Source of the DNA: Octopus sinensis | Lineage: Eukaryota | Length of the DNA: 64,000 nucleotides | Reading direction: 5' to 3' | Assembly (NCBI RefSeq): GCF_006345805.1 | Contig: NC_042997.1 | Location: 125,178,001 to 125,242,000 of the forward strand | Shown: positions 26,052-39,892 of the stretch, piece by piece | How positions within the stretch are numbered: position 1 is the stretch's first letter | How the letters are laid out: each line of letters opens with the position of its first letter | Program-made: the position numbers and the translations under genes | Notes under the pieces: generated by a model | Database searches by the model: none | What the model saw: only the letters and a program-made list of their open reading frames with translations | What the model was told of the DNA's origin: nothing

Positions 26052-26110
<59 letters not shown>

Positions 26111-26945
26111 ATTTGTTCGAACATGTGTGTGAATGTGTGTGTGCGCGTCTTTATCTGTGCGTGTATGTGTATGTGATGCGTACATATGTTTGATTGAGAA
26201 TAGATTTTTCTTCTCTTTTAGATTTAAAATTTGGATGAGATAGAACGTTGCATGTTGAATCTCGAAGGGAGCAAAATATCAAAACAGGAACAAGCTCCAA
26301 ACTTTGTTTATTAATCAATGTTACAGTAAATTTGTGAGTGATGAATGTACACAGATAAAACCAAATTGTTTTGGAAAAATTCTTCATTGGAATGGTATCT
26401 GATCGTTGGCTTCCATTTTCGTCGTTATCTGAAGACATAATTTCATAGTTATTTAGTCACATGAAAACCTAATTACATTTTTAAAACCAAGTTTAACCTC
26501 AGCAATGACGACACATGAAATTATGTAGTTGAAAATTCTTAGATTCAGGCAAAGATATTAGAAACAAATAAAATGGTAAGCCAAACGTCCCCAAAAATTT
26601 CAAAACCGCTTGATTTCTCTTCGTGGTTTCTACTGCATTCTTCGACACAAAAGGAAAAGAAGCCAAACAGTAAATGGAACTTACTGACAATTTTCTGAAT
26701 TTTTATTTGAAACGTGTATTCTGCATGATTTCTTGAGGAAGTGATATATATTCTTCCCACAGATATATTAATGATTTCATAATTTTTATTATTATTTTTT
26801 TTAGTTTGTGCTGTGGTTTTCCTGTTGCTTCTGGGAATCTACAGGAAAATCACAGCAAAGCTAAAGTAAAATGGAAATTTAGGAATGACATATATAGACA
26901 GTTGTTCGCCAACAACGGAAATGCAATGCTAAAGTTCGATATATG

Positions 26946-27034
<89 letters not shown>

Positions 27035-27179
27035 TGGATGGATGTATGTATGTATGTATGTATGTATGTATGTATGTATGTATGTATGTATGTATGTGTA
27101 TCTATACACACACACGCACAAGTATAACTACTAAATGCATACATGCACACAAATAAACAAATACAAGTACACGAATATG

Positions 27180-27213
<34 letters not shown>

Positions 27214-27699
27214 CTCGCGCGCGCGTGTGTGTGAAGTAAACGGATTCCCTTCGGTTTCGATATTCAGGTTGTTTGATCCCTAAAGTGCTTAATCATTTAA
27301 CGGTTTTTTACGTTGTTATACACACATACATAAAAATACGCATACACACACACAAACATCCGCACATATATATATATATACACATATGTATATATATCCT
27401 CATTTTCCTTTAAAATATATACATACATATATATATATACATATAGTGAAGGGAAAGGATTGAAGGAATCCAGGCTAAATACCGTAATATACATTCTATC
27501 CGTTAATCCAATCTAATAAAATGTCCGTTGAAGAATGCAGTAATCCACATAGGTTAAATACAGGGGTGACCCATACAAAGTGTAAATCCATGGTTCTTGA
27601 CCAATCGATTGGTTGCTTCTCTATGAGAAGGGTAAAATAGCAGCAACGCAGGAAGAATGAAGAATTATATCCATACATGAATCGCTTCACTCAAGCGAT

Positions 27700-27705
27700 A
27701 GATAA

Positions 27706-27756
<51 letters not shown>

Positions 27757-27789
27757 TAGATAGATAGATAGACAGACAGGTAGTTAGAG

Positions 27790-27870
<81 letters not shown>
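27700..27870. repeat. (GATA)n/(GACA)n microsatellite, left flank of the Tx1-like element
   Basis: Direct reading. Confidence 0.95.
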
Positions 27871-28240
27871 TGTTTCTTTATTAGCCACACAGGGCTGCAC
27901 ACAGATAGAACAAATTACAAGGTAGAGCTTTTCTTTTGGAGGTAAAAAGAAAAAAAAAAAAAGGGGGATGTCGATCAAAAGGGATCGTAAAAGGAGAGAA
28001 CGAGGACAAAAAAAAGAGGGGGGTTAAAAAAAAGGGGGAGAGGAAAAAAATTGATCAATAGGGATCGTTATCACAGAAATGTCAATATGAAGTGTAAAGG
28101 GGAGGACAGGTGAGGTTTACCCGTGGAAAGAAAAGCCTACGGAAAAGACCACGGTAACCTCGGTCAATGAAGTCACATGTTATATTTCTTTTTTTTTTTT
28201 TTTTTGCAAATAAGCAACTCTCTGTATTAATTTTTACGGT

Positions 28241-31200
28241 TCATAGAATCATAGTCAAGGTGGCTTCGTCATTCATACGTGCCATCCTTGCTACATTCAC
28301 CCATCTTTTTTTAAAACATTCACTAGACAAAACTTGCCTCTCTACTCTCACTTTTTTCTTCAAGTGATACTTGAAGAAGTTGATGAGAGATTGACCAGAG
28401 AGGAAAGTGTTTGTCTCTAATCCTTTCAGACGCGTCCACCAGATACATTCTTTCGCCATAGCCACAAGTATGATAAAAATAGCTCTTCCTTCCCGTTTGA
28501 AGGAAGGAGGCGTGACGATATTAACGATAGACTCGGCTGATAAACCGACACGTCCCACACGTGACAGCAGTCGTTCGACATAAGCCCACAGGTGGGAAAT
28601 TGCTGGACACTGCACGATTGCGTGCAGAGCGGTTTCGTCGCTCTGCCCGCATCTCGGGCAGGTCGCCCCGTGTTTCTCGAGCCATGCCTATAGAGCTTAT
28701 CCCGAACGGGTAGCGCTTCTCGGTAGCACCGCCAGGCCAGGGATCTCTGGAAGTTGTCCATAGGTCCCGGGCCGAAAGTCGTTTGAAACAGGCGGGTCAG
28801 GTATTCCTCGTCGACGCCCAGGTTTGCCCCGAGCTCGTCGTCGTACCTCCCCTCCACTAATCCCCTATAGAATGCTTTGGTTGTGTTGAAGTCACTCAAG
28901 GTCGACCCGGGACGGCAGAGTTGCTTGAGAGCAACGCGACACTCGCGGTGCCATTCGCCCTTCTTCGGCCTCTTTTTATCCACGACTGTAGTTCGGTCAT
29001 GGAGACGAGTTGCGGAATGCGTGCCTCACAAACGGCGACCACACCTGTTCACCGTCGTCTACATAGAGCCGGAGATGTCGCAGTCTCAGCGCGTGTCTGC
29101 GCATCATCAACCACGGCATGCCCAGCCCTCCTTTTAACGGGTGTTGACAGCAAATGGATCGCCTGACCATCGGGACGCATCCTTTCCACAAGAAGCGGAA
29201 GAGGATGCGTTCTAGTTTGGTGATGATAGGGTCGGGACAAGGTACGACGGTCAGGCGGTAGTAGATGATGGACGCGATGTACGCGTTCACCACCTCCGCC
29301 CGACCTTTTAGGGACAGTTTCCTCTCGGCCCATTGCTGGGCGAGAGTGACCACCCTACTCGTTATCTCGTTCCAGTTCTTCTCCATTTGGAGGTCCGGAC
29401 CGAACCAGACCCCGAGCAACTCAACCGGGCCGTCTGTCCAGCGTTCCACGACGGAGTACTGGTGGACGGCATGGGCTTGCTTCTCCAGGTGCCGAGCCGC
29501 AAGCCCACTGACTTTTCCGTTTGATTTTTGCTCCTGTCACCGCTTCGTAGTCTTTCAGTGTCTCGCCGACCCGCTCGATGTGCTCGTGGCTTGACACTAT
29601 GACGGTGACGTCGTCCGCGTATGCAGACACGCTCGTCCCGCATCCTAATTCTCGCGGGATGCCCCTCAGAGTCGCCAGCTTCCGCAGTAGTGGCTCAAGA
29701 GTCAATACGTATAGAAGCGCCGGGAGGGGGCATCCCTGACGGACCGAACGTGCAATGTCGAAGGGTCTCGATAGATGTCCATTTACGCGAATTACCGAAC
29801 GGATGCCTCTGTACAAGGCAGCTATCCAGCCGCGGAAAACGGGACCGAAACCAGCCGCTCTCAGGACTGCCTCCAAGTATCGATGGTCTACCCTATCAAA
29901 GGCTTTCGATTGATCCAAGTTGATCAGGGCCCCACCCATGCCAGGTTCGTTAACTACCCTGTCTATGATGTAGCGCATCAGATGGAGGTTGTCATGGATG
30001 CTCCGGCCCGGCACGGCGCACGTTTGTGCGTTGTCGACCAGTTTCTCCATGACAAGCGCCAACTCTTGGCTAACACCTTTGTCAAAATTTTCAGGTCTGC
30101 ATTGAGCAGAGTGATTGGCCTAAAGTTATCTATAATGTTTCCCTTGTTTGAATCTTTCTTCAGCAGAGTTACAGCTCCTCGACTCACAAAATCGGGTATG
30201 CTCCCGTTTTGCTGCAGTTGCAGTATACCGCTGCCAAGACGTCTCCAAACAAGTCTGGCATACAATAGTAAATTCGTAGGGTAGACCATCCAAACCCGGT
30301 GATTTGTCCCTCAAGCATTCTGCCATCGCTTCCCGCACTTCCGCCGCCGTGATGGCACCTTCGCAGTACCCTGCCTTTCTTGTCGAGAGTCGTGGCAGGC
30401 TATGTAGGTAGGCACTGAAGTCTACCCTACGTTCTTGCCCTCCACTCGTCCCGAACAGTCGGGCAAAATGCTGCTGAAAGGCCTCACACATTTTACTTGG
30501 CTCGAGCAATTCGCGCCCCTGTTCATCTACCAGTGACCGAATGGTGGCTTTGTTGCCCTGTTGTGCCTCTGCCACCCGGGCCTCTCTCGCGGCTCCAACA
30601 CCTTCGTTCCTTAGAGCACGCATCCTAGCTCTGACAGCACATCTTCGTGTTTGGCGTTGAAGTGTTGGTCGAGGGCCAACCTCGCCGCCAAAACGTCGGA
30701 TGCGATGCCGCTTCTAATTGCCTCTTCTAGCTTCTTAACTAGCTCACCCTACTACTCTATTTCTATCTATGGCTAGTGCTTTGCTGTACCTAATCGCTTC
30801 TGCTTTTACTGCTCTCTTGAGGGCAAACCACCATTTGTTGTTGATGATGGCTCCCGTCAAAGCCCTCTTTACTAGTGTGCTAATCCGGTCTCTGAAAACT
30901 TGTCTGGACGGGAATGATGCGTTCAGTTTCCAGTACCCAGACCCTGTCTATGTGCCTTATCTAAGTCTAGCGTACACGTCACCAATTTGTGATCCGTGTA
31001 GCTGACTGTGTGGAATTGTGGACATCCTAAGTTATCCTTGTCTACTGTCCTACACAGTATCCTATCTAGATACGATCTCGACGACCCACTGCGGTTGCTC
31101 CATGTCCACGTTGGTGCATTTGGGTGGTCGAGTCGGTACCTGTCAGACAGTTGGAATCGTCTGAGCAGGTCTCTGAGGCATTTGCATCCCCTTCTGTTTC

Positions 31201-31668
31201 TGTCTCTACCCACGTAGTCTACATGCGTGTCCAAGGTAGCATTCCAATCCCCCACTAAGAGTAAAGGACGAGACGTTCCCAAGAATACTTCTAGACGTCG
31301 AAAGAAATCCGCCCGACCTGTTAAGGGCGGTGCGTAGACTGATACGAGTCGAAAAGCGCACCCATTGCTGCCGTCAACATCCAGAACGATCAGTCTACCC
31401 TCCGGGTCTACGAATATCGTCTTGACTTCGAGATCCAGGCTCTTGTGAAAAAGTACCGCGGTGCCACTACCGCCCATCCTCGGCAGACAGGGAGCGAAAT
31501 AAATGTTAAACTGTCCGCCAAACATGGACTTTAGGCCCGTGGCTCGTGGAGTCTGGTCTCACTTATGGCTATGATTCCCAAATCATGTGACTTGATGTCA
31601 TTTAGGAGGTATCCTTGTTTCCAAGGAGACCCCAAGCCACGCGCATTCACACAACCAATCTTGACCAT
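28241..31668 (-). pseudogene. Tx1-like ORF2 (APE endonuclease and reverse transcriptase), frameshifted
   Basis: ATG at 31668 gives MVKIGCVNARGL...ISETR; LLVGDWN, SYLDRI, YTDHK; FRPITLLNADLKIL; DQSKAFDRVDH; SVRQGCPL; SAYADDVT; C-terminal CPRC..ETALHAIVQC. Confidence 0.9.
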
Positions 31669-31672
31669 GATT

Positions 31673-33847
31673 CTATTGGGGGTGTGCTTTAAAACACACA
31701 CAATGAAAGTACAGAGAGTTACTTACTTGTGTCGAAAGTTTTGGCTTCCTCGTTCTTTGATGTGTCTTCGAGGAGGTTTCTATATAGTTTTTGGACAGAT
31801 ATTTCTGGAAACCCCCTACAGCATTTGGGAAGAGGGCTTTGAGTTTGTGGTGTTGTGTTTGTGTGATGTGTAGTATTTTGATGTGTTTGGGTGGTGTAGT
31901 GCGTGGATGATTGCTATTTTTAAAGTCATCTTCACAAATGTTTGTGTATCCTGTGATGTACTCCATTAGTTTGGAGTCTTTTGTGTCTATCGCTGATAGC
32001 ATTGTTTTTGTGGTGTTGGTGCTTGTTTTGTTGTGTATGGAGTTTTCAGGGTCAGGTATCTCCCTGCTTTGGTTGCGATTTCTTGTTTGGTTTTTCTTGA
32101 TCTTTTTCTTTTACCCCCTGTGGCTATTTGCCATTCTGTCGACTTTCATCGTTAGATGAAAAGTCTGACGAATCAGCAGGGGGCAAGGGTAAAGCGTCTG
32201 GGTGTGTTTTGCGGTTGTAGATATTGTTGTGGTGCGCGGGGAGGGTGTTGCTGGGGGTTTGTTGTGGTTATTTCTCTCCTACATCCTTGGTGCTTGTCTT
32301 CTTCGTTGTTATTCTTGGTGTTGGAATTGGTTTATTTGTTGTTGGTGGATGATTCTGTTCTTGGCGCTGGTGGTGTGTTGTTTTGTTGGGTTGGCTTGTT
32401 CTTTGTTGTTTTTCCTGCATTTCCGCATACAGCTTCTTGACTAGCTGTCCATATTGTGGTGTGGGCAATAATGCTGGCTTTTGTGATTTTTCCTGTGGCT
32501 GTTGTTGTTGTTGTAATTTTGCGGCAGATTTGCACTCCTTTTTGAGGTGTGCCTCACTGCCACATGTATAGCATCGTGGCCTTCTGCCCTCGACTACTAC
32601 GTATAACTTGCGGCCATCCTCAAGATGTACGTGGGTGGGGATTTTATTTATGTCCTCTTGACTTATGTGGAAGAGGAACTCTATTCTCTTTCCAGCCAGT
32701 CCTTGTTTTCCGAAACACCGATATCTAGGATGTTTAAGTCCTCCATTTCGGATGTTAAGGCGGATGTTATCACAGTGTTGTAGTCACTTGGGGGACACCA
32801 CTGATAATGACTTTCGTCACCTTCTGGCCGAGGTAACTCGGTGTCAACGTTAGTTCATCAGAATGAAGGGTTATCGTTGAGAATTTCTTCGCCAACTCTT
32901 CATTCTGAAAAACCACCTGTACGTGTGCGAACTTGTTCGCCCAAGTCACACAATCCTTGTATCCCCAGACTTTGTCTGTGCTTGCCTTTTCTGGACTTTT
33001 AGTTTTTTTTATTTGTGATTTTATATACAATTGTCTTTTTTTTCTCCTCATTCAGTATGTGCTGAGGTATGTGTAAGAGTATTTTTCTGTTTTGATTTGT
33101 AATAAGGTTTCTGCAATCTTTAATCTGTTGTGTAGTAAACGAAACTTTTGTTACCTTTTCTTTTATCGCCTCGGCGAAGTTTGTTGTTGTTTTGTTATTG
33201 TTGTTACTGCCGGTGGTGTTGGTGTTGATGGCAGGGGTGTGGGTTGTAGGTTTGTGGTTGCTGATTATGCAACTAGCAAGGGGTGGGAAATTGCCTGCGT
33301 AATTTAGTCCTGCATTAGCGCAAATTTCGGCATTTCGTTTGCTTGTCGTCGTTATTTTTTCACTTGTTGGTGATGGAGTGAGCAGTGGTTGAAGGGAATT
33401 GTTGTTGTCGTCGTCGTCGTTGTTGTTGTTGTTGTTGTTGTTGTTATTGTCATTCTTGGTGACGGCGGTGGTGTTAGTAGTATTAGTAGCATTGACGGCA
33501 CGGTCTTTGGTGGCGGTGATGGTGGTGTTGGTATTGTTATTGGTGGCGATGTCTTTAGTAGGGATAGTAGTTTTAGTAGCAGATTCTGCCATGGTGTTGG
33601 TTTCGGTGTTGGTGGTGGACTTACTGATGGTGTTGACGGTGCTTGGCCTTGCGACCTTTGTTTTGTATTTGTTGCTGTTGTCGATGTTGATGGTGGTGGA
33701 GGTGGTGGAGGTGGTGGTGTTGTTGTCAGGTTCGGCGTATGCTAACAGAGCATCCTGTTTTTCTGTTTCTGCGTCACGCTTGACTTGCACCTCAGCCTCG
33801 TGGTGACCAGTGGCCATTTTGGAAATAAAATGGCTAAATGAAACCAC
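31673..33847 (-). pseudogene. Tx1-like ORF1 (gag-like), frameshifted
   Basis: ORF pieces 32999-33847, 32770-33051, 31673-32002; manual translation at ~32531-32573 gives CYTCGSEAHLKKEC (CX2CX4HX4C). Confidence 0.8.
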
Positions 33848-34036
33848 GAAGGCTATGAGAATTTTTTCTTTTAAATTTTGCCCACAAGGGGCAAAATTTT
33901 GTGTAAATATTTATCAAAGGTTTGCAGTGGATGTTGTTGCACAACTTTTAAACACAAAATATTTGTCAATATACACTTTTGAACGTATAAAAATACCAAC
34001 TTACGTGGAGCCCATTTGACTTGCGTCTGTCTGTCC

Positions 34037-34130
<94 letters not shown>
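34037..34130. repeat. (GATA)n microsatellite, right flank of the Tx1-like element
   Basis: Direct reading; same orientation as 27700-27870. Confidence 0.95.
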
Positions 34131-34131
<1 letters not shown>

Positions 34132-34405
34132 TGGCAGATAGTTAACTACCTAAATAAAAAAGAGATTTAGTGAGAGAGGGATAGGAGAGCGGGGAGGGAG
34201 GGAGAGAGATGCGGCAAGCTTCTTTCCCTTTCGTCCTACATATCCACACACAAGGCTTTAGTCTGTTCAGGGCTACAAAAGAAGTTCCTTTCCCATGGTA
34301 TCACGCAATTGGACTGGATACTAAGTCACGAGGTTGGATAGTAAATTTATGGATAAACACACATACATATACACACACACATACATACAGATATGTATAT
34401 GAACG

Positions 34406-34449
<44 letters not shown>

Positions 34450-34510
34450 CGTAGATACGTGTATAGATGTTGCTGTTGTTGTTATTTTCATTATTGTTAT
34501 CATCTCCATT

Positions 34511-34593
34511 CAATTTTGTTTCCATTTCTTACCGAGGATCTTCCTATCTCCTAGTGCAAAGAGACTCGCTGTATACATTGGTAGGCCATTAAA
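34511..34593 (-). mobile_element. 3' UTR remnant of the R4-like family found at 46812
   Basis: TTCCATTTCTT.CCGAG...GTATACATTGGTAGGCCATTAAA matches 46838-46910; preceded by GTT/ATT repeats. Confidence 0.7.
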
Positions 34594-34799
34594 GTAAACA
34601 CACTACAAAGCTATGTGAAAGCAAAGAAACGGGAAGAAAGACAAAGGAAAGGAGGGGAAAATGAAGGAATGAAAACAAATAAGAAGACAATGAAGAGAAA
34701 ATGGAAAGAAAATTCACCGGGATAATGCTCTTCTCGTGTGAGGTACCATTGAAGACAATTTTTGTACTTCCTGCATGGGTGTTAAGCGGGAGATCATAC

Positions 34800-35213
34800 T
34801 CTTACTCTTTTACTCTTTTACTTGTTTCAGTCATTTGACTGTGACCATGCTGGGGCACCGTCTTTCGTCGAGCAAATCGACCCCAGGACATATTCTTTGT
34901 AAGTCTAGTACTTGTTCTATCGAAGATTTCTTTTGCCGAACCACTATGTTACGAGAACGTAAACACACGAGCATCAGTTGTCAAGCGATTTGGGGGGGGG
35001 GCAACCACAAACATACAAACATATATACACACGTACATATATATATATACATATATACGACGGGCTTCTTTCAGTTTCCGTCTACCAAATCCACTCACAA
35101 GGCTTTGGTCAGCCCGAGGCTATAGTAGAAGACACTTGCCCAAAGTGCCACGCAGTAGGACTGAACCTGGAACCATGTGGTTGGTAAGCAAGCTACTTAC
35201 CACACAGCCACTC
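34800..35213 (-). mobile_element. SINE family C, full length
   Basis: Reverse complement of 13702-14056, including the (GTAAAAGA)n tail. Confidence 0.9.
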
Positions 35214-35560
35214 TATCATTACTATTTTGCTTAGGCATAGCAATACTTCTAACCGGATGCTAGAAGGCAATATACGTATGTTTCAAAACTGAGCGTCCTT
35301 CGAGTACAGAGTATAGGAAAGTAAAATGATAAAAGGAATGAAATTATATCTTGAAGTTCAGGTTCGGTGCTCCGATGAAGCCTTAGTGTGATTCCCAAGC
35401 ATTTAACTATGCGTGCATTTTATCTTAAAGTGGAAAGAGCTGTAAGATAATGAAGTTCGTGACGTAATTTCTTCATTCTCTTGTCGTTTAAATTTCTGAT
35501 ATTTGCATATATGTATGTGTGTATATAGATATTTATATATATATACATGTATACACAGGC

Positions 35561-35594
<34 letters not shown>

Positions 35595-35709
35595 GTGTGT
35601 GTGTTCGTTTCTTATTAACAATCGACAGAAGTTAGAAGTTTTTTCCTGCTTGCATCACCAAACTTATGAATCTGTTTGCCAATATATATATTAAATATAT
35701 ATATATAAA

Positions 35710-35769
<60 letters not shown>

Positions 35770-35916
35770 GTATATGTATGTATGTATGTATATATATATA
35801 AATATACATACACACAGACACACATATATATATATATAAAATACAAATAATATATATTATTTGTATCATTTATATTATCATATGATTGAACGCCACGCAT
35901 CTTCTTCCAAGTAAGT

Positions 35917-35948
<32 letters not shown>

Positions 35949-36499
35949 CATTTATGTATGTATGTATATATACATATATTATATATATATATAAATGGTT
36001 GTATTTAGTTATAAAGATATATTTTGCCGTTTATTTATTGATTCTATTGATTCGTTTGTTCATTTTCATATTTATGTGTTTATGCATTCAAGATTCTCAT
36101 TTAATGTTTACAAAATTTCGTAATTATAAAAATGATTGTGATAGCTGCCGATAATATATATCCGTTGAGTACAAATTTTTAAAGATTGTAAACGAAACCT
36201 AAAATTATAGATGCTAAATAATCGCTCTTCACATGCTTTGCCTTTGTTTTTGTTTTTTCTTTTCTTATTTTGCTGAATGTGTCTCTAATCTTTATGTTCG
36301 TGTTTGCGTATGTATGTGCAACTGTCAGTTGTGTGTGTGTGAGTGTGTGGGTGAGTGTGTGCGTGTGGTTTGAGTGTGAGTTCACGGCTGTATGCGTGCC
36401 AGCGTGTGTGTGTTTACTTCATATAGTTCTCATACATACATATAACTATAAATGGATTGAACACTCAGATCTTGTTTTATATTTTATACATTTGTATAT

Positions 36500-36548
<49 letters not shown>

Positions 36549-36571
36549 ATGTATGTATGTATATATATATA

Positions 36572-36628
<57 letters not shown>

Positions 36629-37384
36629 GTATATATATATATATTGATGCATGTTGGGAAATCTTGGTTTTATACTCATTTCGTAACATCCTCATATTTA
36701 TATCTCTTACTCTGTAATTTCATAATTTTGTTATTTTGTACATCTGTAATTTTGTGTATTTTCTCTTTCATGCACTGCTGTAGATACTCGTGTGCATTTA
36801 CATGCATTTGCATACACTTTCATGCATTTAAGTACGTATTTATGCGCATGTACGTGACCAAGCATGCTACCATTTCAACGTGTATGAATATGCATGTCCA
36901 TAAATAAAACTTCATCCGGAAGAGTTTGTGTGCATGCTTGGAGCTTTGTGTGTATGTGTCAGTGTGTCAGTGTGAGTGTATATATATATATATACATATG
37001 CAAACATCTGTGTATATATACATATATGTGCGCGTGTATGTGTTATAGTATGTGTGTGTGTGTGTGTGTTATATTTAAAGAATATCCAAATGACCATAAA
37101 GTCAAGTGTGTATGCGCGCTTATGCATGAAATCATGTATGCACACATGTAAATGCATGTAGATGCGTAGATGTACATATTTGCGTACATGTGTGTGTGCC
37201 GAGATTTACAAATATTTATATATATATATATATATACATATATACATATATTGGCATGTATGCTCGCACAAGCTTATGTATATATTATGTGTATATGTAT
37301 ATGAAAGAATACATACATATATATACATACACACAACCACACGCTTGTATGTATGTAGTTAGAAAGATGGAGAGAGAGTGAGGG

Positions 37385-37530
<146 letters not shown>

Positions 37531-38372
37531 AGTGTGTGTATATGTAAATATGTCGTTGGTGTTATTCATTTTTGTTTTTACTCCTGTATACATGTGCATT
37601 ATATATACATGCATGAGTGGATTTATGCATGTGTATACAAATATATTTATATATGAATATTTATCAATCTCTTCATATTTTTGTCTTATGACTGTTTGTA
37701 TGTATATCAGTATGTTGGCATGTGTGTTCATGTGTGTGTGTGAATACATGTATATATCTATATATATGTATGTATTGTTGACTGTATGTGAACTAAAAAT
37801 ACACAGCAACAGAATAGGAAAACGTGTTGTGTTTGACCTGACATGACTTGAAACTGTCTTAGCTAAAGCAGCAGTCACCACAAGATGCAGGCTATTTATT
37901 TCTCAACTACGATTTATGCACAGCCATATTTTAAAATAATTCATCGCTAATTCTTTAAACATTCCCATATTCACCTACACTCTCTTCGTTAGTTCCTACA
38001 CGTGTTCACATTTCAAAAGCTCCTTAATATTTCCTCATTAGAATTATTCTACACAGAATTTTGTAAAATAATTTTTGTAACAATGTTAGACTTAGCCGCA
38101 GTTCTTTTTCTATGGCTGTAGTTATATTTTGTGTAAACTATTGTAGTTATAATTCCCGGTAAGTCATTTTCCTGAGACAATTCCAACCAGTTTGCATATA
38201 ATTATAATTTTGCTTTGCTTTGTATGCTTGTTTTTGTTTTTTTGTTGCTGTTTTTTTTAAACCTATTATCATTTACAGGTAATTTCCCAGTAGCGACTCT
38301 CCGTGTGATGAAGTAGCTCCCTTTCAGTTTTACTTCCACTATGAGCTACTTTGGGTGAAAACAAAAAAGAAT

Positions 38373-38755
38373 TCACATTTCAAACTTGAGAAAAGTCTTG
38401 CATATTTTAACTGTTCCGCTTACAAATTGTATTTCTAATGTGCGAGTCAGCTGGTTGATTTCTTTTTCTGAAAACTTTGGCTCTTCCAGATTGTCCCTTT
38501 GGCATTTACTAACAAAAACCAGGTTCACCGATTATTATTGGTATGAATATGAATTTATCATCTGGATACAGAAGTTGAAGACTTCGAAGCAGTTATCCAT
38601 AGTTCTCCTCCTTCTCTTTCATTTACGAAGAGCTACTCTCATCATCAGAGCAGCTGATCTCTATGATTATCCATACTTTATCTTGTGTCTCCCAAACAAC
38701 GATATCTGGCCTGTTATGTTTGCCCTTGTCCGATCTTTTTGGGGAATATTCCACT
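38373..38755 (-). mobile_element. REL-endonuclease non-LTR fragment, same family as 6015-6415
   Basis: Manual translation KHNRPDIVVWETQDKVWIIIEISC..KEKEENYG..RSLQLLYPDDKFIFIPIIIG..GTVKICKTFLKFEM*. Confidence 0.75.
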
Positions 38756-38840
38756 AATATTCCATATTTTTAAGTATATATGCATGACTTCGCCGCCGAA
38801 TCGAGCCAGTATCCTGCCAACATCCAACTTATTGGTTGTT

Positions 38841-38887
38841 AACACAATGTTTCGGCTGATATACCCTCCAGCCTTCCTCAGGGGGGG
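38841..38887 (-). ncRNA. Minimal type I hammerhead-ribozyme-like motif, degenerate
   Basis: Minus strand CTGAGGA-A-GGCTG-GAGGGTATAT-CAGCC-GAAAC-ATT-GTGTT: core and stem II intact, stems I and III weak. Confidence 0.45.
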
Positions 38888-38935
38888 AATTTCGAACCTG
38901 GGTTTTTATTCCTAAGCTATTTTTGATGTTCCTAT

Positions 38936-39131
38936 TAACGTTAGCATGCCGGTTGAAATGCTTAGCAGTATTTCGTCTGTCTTTACGTTCTGAGTTCAAA
39001 TTCTGCTGAGGTCGATTTTGCCTTTCATCCTCTCGGGGTCGACAAATTAAGTACAAGTTGCGTACTGGAGTCGATTTAATCGACTGGACCCCTCCCCCAA
39101 AATTTCAGGCCTTATGCCTAGAGTAGAAAAG

Positions 39132-39135
<4 letters not shown>
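38936..39135 (+). mobile_element. SINE family B, diverged subfamily, with (ATT)n tail
   Basis: AACGTTAGCATGCCGG...GTTCTGAGTTCAAATTC...; (ATT)n to 39175. Confidence 0.8.
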
Positions 39136-39176
<41 letters not shown>

Positions 39177-39631
39177 GTTCAGGTTTCTGCTTGTAATCGA
39201 ACTCAGAATCTTGGGATTATTAGCCCGCGCTCTTAACCACTATGCCAGATGCCCGTGCAAGATTAATTTTATGAAAGACCCACAGTCTTCCAGACAGTAA
39301 CTGGTCTTTCTTCACGTCACAAGGGTTATGCAAGTACAAAGGAAGCGTCAGTTCGGATTGGTATCAGCGCCGTCGCACCTACAAGTAGAACGTAAGGAAA
39401 CAGAAGAGTAACAAAGTATTTTCTCCAACTATTTAACAATACCATTACACATTGTTGACACGAACTGAAGATCTGAATGTGTGCGAAGATCTGGATGTGT
39501 GCGTGTGCGTATATGTGGCAGGCGTATATGTGTTTTTGTGTGTAAGTGCATGATTTCATTGTGATCAAAATATCTGTATATATACATCTTTATTTAATAT
39601 GTATAAATATATACGTATATATGTATTTATA

Positions 39632-39682
<51 letters not shown>

Positions 39683-39835
39683 ATATTATATATATATATA
39701 TGTACATGTGTATATGTTTGTGGCATGTGTGTGGCGTGTGGTTCTTGTTGGTACAGACGTCTGTGTGAGTCACCATAAAGTAAGAATGTGTGTACATGTA
39801 TGTATAAATAATTATGTAAAGATATATACATACTT

Positions 39836-39892
<57 letters not shown>

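Larger units (their letters stand above)
27872..34030 (-). mobile_element. Near full-length Tx1/L1-clade non-LTR retrotransposon (~6.1 kb, frameshifted)
   Basis: ORF1 with CCHC knuckle, ORF2 with APE-RT-C-terminal cysteine domain, ~370-bp 3' UTR ending AATAAAGAAAC; (GATA)n on both sides. Confidence 0.9.
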
